A DNA stretch of 32,000 nt from Crocosphaera subtropica ATCC 51142 (GTDB lineage Bacteria; Cyanobacteriota; Cyanobacteriia; Cyanobacteriales; Microcystaceae). The number at the start of each line of letters is the position of its first letter. Position 1 is the first letter of the stretch. Under the pieces are notes generated by a model. That model had not been told where the DNA came from. It did no database searches and saw nothing but the letters and a program-made list of their open reading frames with translations. The stretch spans positions 720,001 to 752,000 of the forward strand of contig NC_010546.1 in NCBI RefSeq assembly GCF_000017845.1. The letters run 5' to 3'. Position numbers and translations under genes: made by a program. Shown here in pieces: positions 18,845 to 26,910 of this stretch.

Positions 18845-19070
18845 ATAGTCGAACGTATCAAACCCATACACAGTCTATTATTCAAGCATTTTCAGCATCA
18901 GGATAATAACGGGACAGTGAATGCTGTAACAGGACAGTTGAAGCGTCCCACCATTTGGGGGGGAGATGCAATTGATAATTATGGGGACAAAATCAAAATG
19001 TCCTGATAGTTGTTCTGCTTCAAAAACGTTACAGGATAAGGATTCTAGCGTTATCGGGACATCAGGACAT
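18818..19070. repeat. Iteron-like array of (G)TTA(C/T)-GGGACA(G/T) motifs, candidate origin of replication
   Basis: GTTACGGGACAG 18818-18829; TAACGGGACAG 18907-18917; TAACAGGACAG 18927-18937; GGGGACAA 18983-18990; TCAGGACAT on the minus strand 18998-19006; GTTACAGGATA about 19028-19038; CGGGACAT 19055-19062; CAGGACAT 19063-19070. Confidence 0.45.
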
Positions 19071-19727
19071 GATCTATAGATAAATGAAGATGAAAAGTTT
19101 TATAGAGTAAATACAATTTACGTTTAGCGATCGCAGAATTGGTGAGAAGTAGGGGTTTAGAGCCTTTAAGTAGCTATTCTGATGATAAAAAAATAGAACA
19201 AAAAACTATAATTTTTTTAGTCAACAAATAGATAAAGAAAATAATGAATTAAAATCTTAAAATAATAAACCACATGAATAATTTAAACTTCTACTTTGAA
19301 TATCCATGTAGGTTAATGAGAAATATAATTGTTATACTCGATTAAATAAAACCATGTATATCCACTTTACATATCACAAAAAAACTGATACCCTAAAAAG
19401 ATTGGGGGGGTACTCTACTAACCTATGATTACAACACAAACAAAAGTAAAGTATGTTAACCTTAATTGATGGTGATCAGTGCTAGGCGTTAGGATAATTG
19501 TTAATAGATCAGTATTGTTAGAATCACTTATTTGAAAACACAAGTTTTTTTGATATGGTTTCTAAACTCAATAAAAAATAGTTCTTGATATAGGTATAGG
19601 TAATGGTAACGAATACATAGGTTTTGATTATTATTACTAATTACCGATTATTTTCTGATGAACAATTAGTGAGTTATTTTGAATCAAAAATCAAGCATCT
19701 CTAATGATTAGAAAATTTGCTTAGTGA

Positions 19728-19761
19728 TTTTACTATTACTTTTACTTTACTTTTACTTTAC
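19728..19761. repeat. Short tandem repeat TTTTACTATTAC / TTTTACTTTAC x2
   Basis: Read directly from the sequence: three adjacent 11-12 bp units in the non-coding gap of the island. Confidence 0.7.
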
Positions 19762-20361
19762 TATCTGTGTTATTAACTTAAAATTATAATCGAGAAATTG
19801 GATTGTAAATTTTCTTACCTATCAGACCAGTAACGGTGTGATAAGTAAGATTTATGGGGAAAGACAAATGGTTAAAATTCATTTTACAAAGAAAGTAATC
19901 TGTAGTATTTTCTTCTCCTCAAAACAACAAATGATGCGATCGCATGGTTTGACCAGTATGATGAGATAGAAATGGAAGAAGGAATGATTGATATTCTTGA
20001 AGCTTGCACGAGCTTTCTCAATTTAATCAATTATTGGCGCAATAAATTACGGTAAATAGCGATAATTTACCATAAATTGATAGATTAAGTCGAGAATCAT
20101 TGAATTTCTCGGCTTTTCCTCTATTACTATGATTAAGCAGAATAACGCAAAAATTGGATCGTTCGTTCCGCAATTTTAATAAAACTTTACAAAAGAAAAA
20201 GATGGGAAATTTGTGGAAGTTTCACAACGCTTGTTGGTGCAAATGAAAATGGTATTAGGATGATTTTGAGTTGTTTTAAAAATTCTTATCTAACATTAAT
20301 GATAGTTAACATCAGAATTTGGGAACACTATACAGAGAAACACTGATGGCAGAAACAATTT

Positions 20362-23300
20362 ATGTCAAATTTAGTTGGTGAACTCATTGCTGGTAAATAT
20401 GATCTATTAACCCAACTGGGAGAAGGGGGAAGTAGTGTAGTATATCTGGCTAAAAAGCTAGGGACTCAAGAACGTTATGCGATTAAAACGCTTTCTACCG
20501 ATGAAAAGAATGCCATAAAACTTTTAGAAAGAGAAACGCAAACTTTAAAACGTCTTAATCATCCTAATATCGTCAAGTTTATTGAAGAAGGTTATGAAGA
20601 ACGGCACAAACTTGTTTACTTAGTCTTAGAGCATTTAGATGGTCAAGACATAAAAACTTATTTTGATAGTAACATTGATTTGTCAACCAAACTTAATATA
20701 TTTTTGCAAATTATTGAAGGGATCAGTTATGCCCATTCTAAAAATATAATCCATAGAGATATTAAACCAGATAATATTCAAATTGTGGATACTGGTGAGC
20801 ATCCAGATGCTAAAATTTTAGATTTCGGCATAGCAATTATCACTACTACAATTCTAACGAATACGATTAGAAGTTATCATACTCCCTTGTTTTCTGCTCC
20901 TGAACAAATTACGCTTGACGGGGTTTCAAGGAATTCGGATATTTATTCTTTAGGAATGACATTTTTATATTTGTTATCAACTCAAGAAGCCAGAATTAAT
21001 TTTCAAGATGAACAAAATAAAAGCATACTTTATCAGTCTGCTCAAGAAAGCTTAAATAACATTAGTAATTCTGAAAAGTTAATAACTATTCTGACAAGTG
21101 CTACAGATATAGATCGTGAAAAGCGTCCTAAGATAGACAAACTTAGAAAAGTTCTTTGTGACTTTCAGGAAGAATTAGCTGATTCCATTCCTGTTGTCTT
21201 TAATATTACTCGTAAAGTAGAACAAGAGATTAATGATCAATATAACTATCAAAATGATCTTTTAAAAATCAAGAATCATCTTAAATCCTTAATTGAAGAA
21301 AATAATAATTCAATATACATCAAAAAAAGTCCCGATAAATATCAAAAGAGAGAAGATTCAATAACGGTAGAAATAGGGTTAGAAACTTCGCAAAAATTTT
21401 ATCGTGGATTTATTAACCTGCATAATCATAATTCTACTCAAATAACGATTATCTATGAGGTTTCACAGCCTCCTCATATACAGGAAAAAATATTTGAAAA
21501 TGGATTGTCTGTAAAAGTTAATCCCATTATTGAAATTGGCTCTGGACTTAAAAGAAAAACAGATTTATCAGAATTAATCAAGCAAATTTTACAGAAAGAA
21601 CAACAAATTGAAAATGAAATAAAAAATAACAAAATACTAAAAGCAACTTTTGAGCAATGGCAGTCTGTCATTGATATTGAAAAACAAATTATTAGTGACA
21701 GAAAGGAGACTTTTCAATATAAAGAAAAATTTCATGATCAGCAAAGACAAATGTTGATTGTAACCTTAACACAACCTATTTCAATCGAAGATTTTGAAAA
21801 AATCACATCTCCCCCTTTACCTGTTACCATATCTGTTAAAAAAGTTTCAGCATCTAATCGTCAAAAAGAAATACAATGGTCAATTGGAGATATTACTGAT
21901 GGAAATAAATCCCCCAATGGTGAATCAATTGACAAATTACACATTAGCATCGGGGATTTTTGTGATCCTGAAATTATAGAATCTATCTTAGATAAAGGAA
22001 AAATTGAAACAAATTTTAAAGCACAAGAATCTGAAATTGAAAAACGGCGTAAAGCCTTAAGAGAAATTCGATATGGTGATTCTGAAAATCAGAATTTGTC
22101 TAAGGTGATAGCCGATCCATATAATGTTAAGTTAATTGAACCTATTTTAATTCATCGCTTTTTTAATGAACAATTAGATGAATCACAGAAAAAAGCAGTA
22201 TCTAAGGCATTAGCTACTGAAGATATTTTTTTAATTCAGGGTCCGCCAGGAACAGGTAAAACTTCTGTTATTACAGAAATAATTTTACAAATTCTAAGTC
22301 GTTATCCTAATGATAAAATTTTAATTTCTTCTCAATCTAATGTCGCTGTAGATAATGTTTTAACTCGACTCGCTCGTGTTGAAGATAAAGAAATTAAGTG
22401 TATTAGAATTGGGAGAGAAGAGAAAATTGAAGAAGAAGCTAGACAATTTGAAATAGATAAAGCTATCATAACATGGCAAAATTCTATTACTTCTAAATCT
22501 TTAGCCTATTGGCAAGAGTATCAACAAAAAAATGAGGAACTGTTATCAGGTAATCAAAAAATAGCACAATTGGAAGATGTAAAAAATAAAAATCAAGAGT
22601 TACAAGTTTTGGCTAGTCGATTAACCCAAACAATTGCTAGATTTAATTCAGAGTTGACTATCTATAAAGATAACATAGCATCAGCCGACTTCTCTGATAT
22701 TGCTGTAGAATTAATTTATGAAAAGCTAGAACTAGAACAAAAAATCCTAAAAGTGGTTGAACAATATACGACTAAATTTGGTATAGAGTACCCTGAGCAA
22801 AAACTGCTTTCAACTTGGATTGATGAAGAGGATAAAGTCTTAAAAAGTATTTTAGGTGATAATCAGGAGAATTATCAAAAATTTATTGGATTAGAAAAAC
22901 TAAGTCAAGAGTGGAATGAAAAGCTTAAAAGAAAACAACAAAGTTTAATGCCTTTATTTATAGATGAAATAGATGTTGTTGGTGCAACTTGTTTAGGTGT
23001 AGCAAGATTTCAAGATCGTAATTTTGATTGGGTAATTATCGATGAAGCAGGAAGATCAACTGCACCAGAAACTTTTGTGCCGATGTCAAGAGGGAAAAAA
23101 ATTATCCTAGTTGGAGATCATCGACAATTACCACCAATGATTGATAAAGAGTTACAGGAAAGAGCGTTAAGTGAACAGGAAATTCAAAAAATAATTTTGG
23201 AAAGAAGTTTATTTGAATATCTCTATGAACAGTTGCCAAAAACGAATAAAATAACCTTAAATAATCAGTATAGAATGCACCCTCATATTGGTGATTTAGT

Positions 23301-23928
23301 GAGTGAATTATTCTACGATGGTCAAGTAGCTAGTAAATTGGTTAGCATTCAGGAAAAAGCACATAATATAACAATATTTGATAAAAGCATTTATTGGATA
23401 TCAACCAGTGATGTAGAAGAGGAAATATCTAAGGAAAGAGAAAATGGAAAAAGTAGGAGTAATCCTTATGAAGCAAAAATTATTAAAGAAGTTTTACTAA
23501 AAATTCAAAAAGATTGTGAATCTAACAACTTATATAAAAAGGTTGGTGTTATTTCAGCTTACCGTTCACAAATTAGTATTTTAGAATCTGCCATTGCCCC
23601 TAATAATAAAGAATTATGGAAAAATCTGCATATTATAATTCACACAGTTGATGCTTTTCAAGGAGGAGAATGTGAAATTATTGTCTACGATTTGGTTAGA
23701 AGTAATCGTCAGAAAAAATTAGGATTTACCTCTGATGATCGAAGATTAAACGTGGCTTTATCCCGTGCCAAGCAACTATTAATTATCGTGGGTAATGATA
23801 ATATGGCTTATCAAGGGAAAACGCCTAATAATCTAGCCAATCCTTTTAAACCATTGATAGAATATATTGATAGTAATAATAATTCTTGTTCTCGATTAAC
23901 ATCCAGTGCGTTTTCTAAAGAGGTGTAA
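20362..23928 (+). CDS. Ser/Thr protein kinase fused to Upf1-like SF1 helicase (COG1112-type; AAA_11/AAA_12); type I Mokosh-like helicase component
   Basis: Hanks kinase motifs: GEGGSSVVY, AIK (K42), HRDIKPDN (D133), DFG, SAPE. Helicase motifs: Walker A GPPGTGKT (aa 627-634, nt 22240-22263), VIIDEAGRS, ILVGDHRQLPP, NNQYRMHPHIGD, ISAYRSQ, VDAFQGGECEIIV, LNVALSRAKQLLIIVGN. Confidence 0.9.
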   Translation: MSNLVGELIAGKYDLLTQLGEGGSSVVYLAKKLGTQERYAIKTLSTDEKNAIKLLERETQTLKRLNHPNIVKFIEEGYEERHKLVYLVLEHLDGQDIKTYFDSNIDLSTKLNIFLQIIEGISYAHSKNIIHRDIKPDNIQIVDTGEHPDAKILDFGIAIITTTILTNTIRSYHTPLFSAPEQITLDGVSRNSDIYSLGMTFLYLLSTQEARINFQDEQNKSILYQSAQESLNNISNSEKLITILTSATDIDREKRPKIDKLRKVLCDFQEELADSIPVVFNITRKVEQEINDQYNYQNDLLKIKNHLKSLIEENNNSIYIKKSPDKYQKREDSITVEIGLETSQKFYRGFINLHNHNSTQITIIYEVSQPPHIQEKIFENGLSVKVNPIIEIGSGLKRKTDLSELIKQILQKEQQIENEIKNNKILKATFEQWQSVIDIEKQIISDRKETFQYKEKFHDQQRQMLIVTLTQPISIEDFEKITSPPLPVTISVKKVSASNRQKEIQWSIGDITDGNKSPNGESIDKLHISIGDFCDPEIIESILDKGKIETNFKAQESEIEKRRKALREIRYGDSENQNLSKVIADPYNVKLIEPILIHRFFNEQLDESQKKAVSKALATEDIFLIQGPPGTGKTSVITEIILQILSRYPNDKILISSQSNVAVDNVLTRLARVEDKEIKCIRIGREEKIEEEARQFEIDKAIITWQNSITSKSLAYWQEYQQKNEELLSGNQKIAQLEDVKNKNQELQVLASRLTQTIARFNSELTIYKDNIASADFSDIAVELIYEKLELEQKILKVVEQYTTKFGIEYPEQKLLSTWIDEEDKVLKSILGDNQENYQKFIGLEKLSQEWNEKLKRKQQSLMPLFIDEIDVVGATCLGVARFQDRNFDWVIIDEAGRSTAPETFVPMSRGKKIILVGDHRQLPPMIDKELQERALSEQEIQKIILERSLFEYLYEQLPKTNKITLNNQYRMHPHIGDLVSELFYDGQVASKLVSIQEKAHNITIFDKSIYWISTSDVEEEISKERENGKSRSNPYEAKIIKEVLLKIQKDCESNNLYKKVGVISAYRSQISILESAIAPNNKELWKNLHIIIHTVDAFQGGECEIIVYDLVRSNRQKKLGFTSDDRRLNVALSRAKQLLIIVGNDNMAYQGKTPNNLANPFKPLIEYIDSNNNSCSRLTSSAFSKEV

Positions 23929-23930
23929 TT

Positions 23931-25358
23931 ATGGCTAATCAAATCAAAGATTTTGAAAGCAAGATTCGTAAATATCACTCACTGCCTGAAGCTATAGTGA
24001 TTGATTGTAAACGAATAGGTTATCCTTTTTATGTTTTGTATCTTGATGTAACTTATTTAGTACAACGAGAATTAGAACTACTAGAAGAATTTGTCATGAA
24101 ATGTATTGATAATGGATTAAATAAATTGGAAAAAATTGCTAGTTTCTTGGGTATGGATAATAATGTAGTTGAAAAGACTTTATCAGAATTAATTTCAAAA
24201 GATTTGATTAAAAAAGAAGATATATTCAAGTTAACTGAGAAAGGTTCAGATGCTTTAAAACAACAAAAAGAATTAGCTCCTGTTTCGGATACTAAAACTT
24301 TTTATTTAGATGCTTTAAGTGGAAAGTTAATGGATTATTTTTACCTGAGTAAATTTGATAGTAAAAATAATCAAAATACTTCTATTGGTAAAATTATTAA
24401 AAAGCCACGAAAAGATCATGTAGAAGATATCATTAGTTATTTCGAGGATATTGAAAAATATTTGCAAAATCCTAATAATCCCCATGTTGAACTTATACAG
24501 GTAAATAGAATAGAAAAAGTGTATCCTGAATGGCATGAAATTTCATTGGTTTTATATAAAAGTAATCCTAAAGATCAAGAAATAGAGTATGAAATTTTCT
24601 CTAGAGATTCTATCCAAAAAGACTATAGAGAAACTATCGAAAAAATATATGCTGAAGGTAAAAAAATACTTGATCCTATTTTTCAAGATATAAAGCAGGA
24701 TAATACTACTAATGAATCATTTAATAAAATAGTTGAAAGCATCAATGATGAGGATGTTAGAAATGTAGAACAAATCAGTATAAAAATCAGTTCTCTCAGT
24801 GATCCAGATTCTTTTATAGAAACTCAAAATGACTCAGTTAAGAAAGAAAAATCTAAACTTGAGCAACAACTAAAAGAAATCAAAAATCAAACGAGAATTT
24901 CAGAGGTAGTTCATACTTATGAAATCAGAGAATATCTTTTAAAAGCCTTAAAAGAAGCTAAAAATAGAGTAATGATAGTTTCTCCTTGGATAAAAGGAAA
25001 TGTGGTTAATCAACAATTTATATCAACCTTAGAAGATAGTTTAAAACGAAAAGTAAAAGTGTATATTATATATGGAATAAAAGGATCAAGTTTTCAAAAT
25101 GATAATTGGTCAATTAAAAAATTAGAAAATTTAAGTGATAATTATCGTAATTTAAAATTTGAAAAAACAAAAAATAGTCATCGTAAACAAATTGTTTGTG
25201 ATGATAAATTTGCTATAGTAACTAGCTTTAATTTTTTATCATTTAGAGCAGATCCTAATTTAACATATAGAGATGAATTGGGAGTGGTTTTAAGAGATAA
25301 ACAAACTATTGAAGACTTATTTAACAGTGGGCTTGGTTTAATTCGCAGTGCTGAATAA
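23931..25358 (+). CDS. PLD-superfamily (single HKD motif) nuclease with N-terminal wHTH-like domain; type I Mokosh-like nuclease component
   Basis: The ATG lies 2 nt after the upstream stop, with GAGGTG at about 23918-23923 as the SD. HKD motif HRKQIVCDD (H417, nt 25179). PLD-fold flanks RVMIVSPWI and FAIVTSFNFLS. N-terminal LEEFVMKCIDNGLNKLEKIASFLGMDNNVVEKTLSELISKDLIKK resembles a winged helix. Confidence 0.85.
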   Translation: MANQIKDFESKIRKYHSLPEAIVIDCKRIGYPFYVLYLDVTYLVQRELELLEEFVMKCIDNGLNKLEKIASFLGMDNNVVEKTLSELISKDLIKKEDIFKLTEKGSDALKQQKELAPVSDTKTFYLDALSGKLMDYFYLSKFDSKNNQNTSIGKIIKKPRKDHVEDIISYFEDIEKYLQNPNNPHVELIQVNRIEKVYPEWHEISLVLYKSNPKDQEIEYEIFSRDSIQKDYRETIEKIYAEGKKILDPIFQDIKQDNTTNESFNKIVESINDEDVRNVEQISIKISSLSDPDSFIETQNDSVKKEKSKLEQQLKEIKNQTRISEVVHTYEIREYLLKALKEAKNRVMIVSPWIKGNVVNQQFISTLEDSLKRKVKVYIIYGIKGSSFQNDNWSIKKLENLSDNYRNLKFEKTKNSHRKQIVCDDKFAIVTSFNFLSFRADPNLTYRDELGVVLRDKQTIEDLFNSGLGLIRSAE

Positions 25359-25629
25359 TTGATGAAGTCTAATAGCAACATCATCAACAAAACAACTATT
25401 AGAAACACACTAATTTAGTAATGTTTACTCTTGACAAAATTAGTATTTGCTTTTGGCACGATTCTACTAGCCTATGTTGCAATGAAGTGTGTTAAATTTA
25501 GCGATCGCATTAATCACCCGATCCACCAATACCGTTAAAATGCGCTATGAAGCTTAGATAACCACTTGAATGAATAGATCAGATAAGTTGGTTAGAAACA
25601 AGCTGATCACTTGAAAATAGTACATTAGC

Positions 25630-25836
25630 ATGAATTCTGAAGCCAGCAGTAGTAATGAAGAAAAAAAAGTAATTGTGGCAATTTTGAACGATACCACAGA
25701 GCGATGGGATTATTTAACATTCGATACACGAGAAGAAGCGAGACAAGCAATTAACAAAGCTAGAAATGAAGGTAAAGCTGCGGTATTCTATAAAGATGAA
25801 AATAGCGATGATCAAAGTGCGCCACCAGAGCTATGA
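25630..25836 (+). CDS. Small acidic hypothetical protein at the right end of the island
   Basis: 68-aa ORF with no recognisable motif. Its TGA stop (25834-25836) is the first three bases of the TGACTATCAA repeat. Coding status is uncertain. Confidence 0.35.
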   Translation: MNSEASSSNEEKKVIVAILNDTTERWDYLTFDTREEARQAINKARNEGKAAVFYKDENSDDQSAPPEL

Positions 25837-25884
25837 CTATCAAATGACTATCAACGTCAATGACTATTTTCTAAAATGTAGTAA

Positions 25885-25958
25885 GGCTCGGTAGCTCAGT
25901 TGGTTAGAGCAGGGGACTCATAAGCCCAAGGTCGGCAGTTCAAATCTGCCCCGAGCCA
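25885..25958 (+). tRNA. tRNA with CAU anticodon, copy 2 (identical to 14293..14366)
   Basis: Base-for-base identical to copy 1 over all 74 nt. The 5' flanks of the two copies are unrelated. Confidence 0.9.
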
Positions 25959-26074
25959 TTTGAAATCAAAAATCGAAAACCAGATATATTAAGCAATTCA
26001 AGCAATTATATGACTTCTCAAGTTATGCAAGTTGTTAATAATTATTGAGTTTAACTACCACCTTTGACTATCAA
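25885..26074 (+). repeat. Right ~190-bp direct repeat (attR region)
   Basis: Partner of 14293-14483. It ends with TTAACTACCACCTTTGACTATCAA, followed by host sequence GGGTGATCGC. Confidence 0.8.
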
Positions 26075-26242
26075 GGGTGATCGCTCATTGATCTTGTTCA
26101 AGTCATATCACCTTTTGAGCCTTTGCCATTTCCCCCTAACTTACCAAAAAGATGAAATAATAGAGAAAAATCAATCAGCAATGTAATAAAATCAAACTGT
26201 ACCTGAGTTAAATTCTCTCAGTTGTCATTACCATTCACTACA

Positions 26243-26905
26243 ATGCAATATGAAATTCGATATAAACCAGCTTTTGCTGCTATCTTCGTCACCTTAGCTC
26301 CTGGTGAAAGCATCATAGCCGAAGCCGGAGCGATGGCCAGTATGGATGGCCGTTTATCCATGAAAACAAAATTATCTGGGGGGCTTTTTTCAGCCTTATT
26401 ACGAAAATTTTTAGGGGGCGAATCCCTATTTGTCAATGTCTTTAAAAATCAAACATCTCAAGCCTTAACTCTGGTTTTAACCCAATCAATCATAGGAGAT
26501 ATTGAATGCTTAGAGTTAAGCGGAAATGAAATGTGTTTTCAACCAGGAGCTTACATAGCTAGTAGTCCTAAAATTGACTTAGGGGTACGGTGGGCTGGTT
26601 TAGCCAGTTGGTTTGCAGGAGAAGGATTATTTAAGTTAAAAGTCAGTGGTCATGGGAAAGTCTTTTTTGGAGCTTACGGCGGTCTAAGTAAACAAACCAT
26701 TACAGGAGAATTTATTGTTGATAATAGCCATTTAGTGGCCTACAGTCCCGATATTTCCATGAGTATTGGCTTATCAGGAGGATTAATCAGTTCTATGACC
26801 TCTGGAGAAGGGTTAGTCAATCGTTTAAAAGGTCATGGAGTCATTTATCTGCAATCTCGAAGTGTTAGCGGTTTACTGGGATTTTTACGCCCTAAAGTGA
26901 AGTAA
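26243..26905 (+). CDS. AIM24 / TIGR00266 (DUF124) family protein, paralogue 1
   Basis: MQYEIRYKPAFA..., AGAMASMD, FLGGESLFVNVF, FAGEGLFKLKVSGHGKVFF, GEGLVNRLKGHGVIYLQS. The ORF track begins at TTG 26222; ATG 26243 matches the starts of the paralogues. Confidence 0.8.
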   Translation: MQYEIRYKPAFAAIFVTLAPGESIIAEAGAMASMDGRLSMKTKLSGGLFSALLRKFLGGESLFVNVFKNQTSQALTLVLTQSIIGDIECLELSGNEMCFQPGAYIASSPKIDLGVRWAGLASWFAGEGLFKLKVSGHGKVFFGAYGGLSKQTITGEFIVDNSHLVAYSPDISMSIGLSGGLISSMTSGEGLVNRLKGHGVIYLQSRSVSGLLGFLRPKVK

Positions 26906-26910
26906 TAATC

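Larger units (their letters stand above)
14293..26074. mobile_element. tRNA-associated integrative island (~11.6 kb between repeat copies) with integrase, replication module and kinase-helicase/PLD cargo
   Basis: Direct repeats 14293-14483 and 25885-26074. The integrase gene is next to the left repeat. The cargo proteins are Asn/Lys/Ile-rich and AT-rich. Host genes flank both ends. The exact ends depend on the crossover point. Confidence 0.8.

Noticed and set aside
19728-19761. Possible CRISPR array or ToxI-like repeat RNA
   Set aside because: It has only three 11-12 bp units with no spacers. This is far too short for CRISPR repeats or type III antitoxin repeats, and no cas or toxN-like gene is adjacent.
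18598-25408. Short ORFs inside island genes (18598..18885 -, 21474..21671 -, 21794..21979 +, 24327..24536 -, 25178..25408 -, and also 15057..15251 -)
   Set aside because: All overlap CDSs with clear catalytic motifs, and their products are Ile/Phe/Leu-rich translations of AT-rich DNA.
25454-25470. Sigma-54-like TGGCAC element (TGGCACGATTCTACT; also TGGCACGAAGCGCA at 17-30)
   Set aside because: The downstream half does not match TTGC at the right spacing, and cyanobacteria are not known to encode RpoN.
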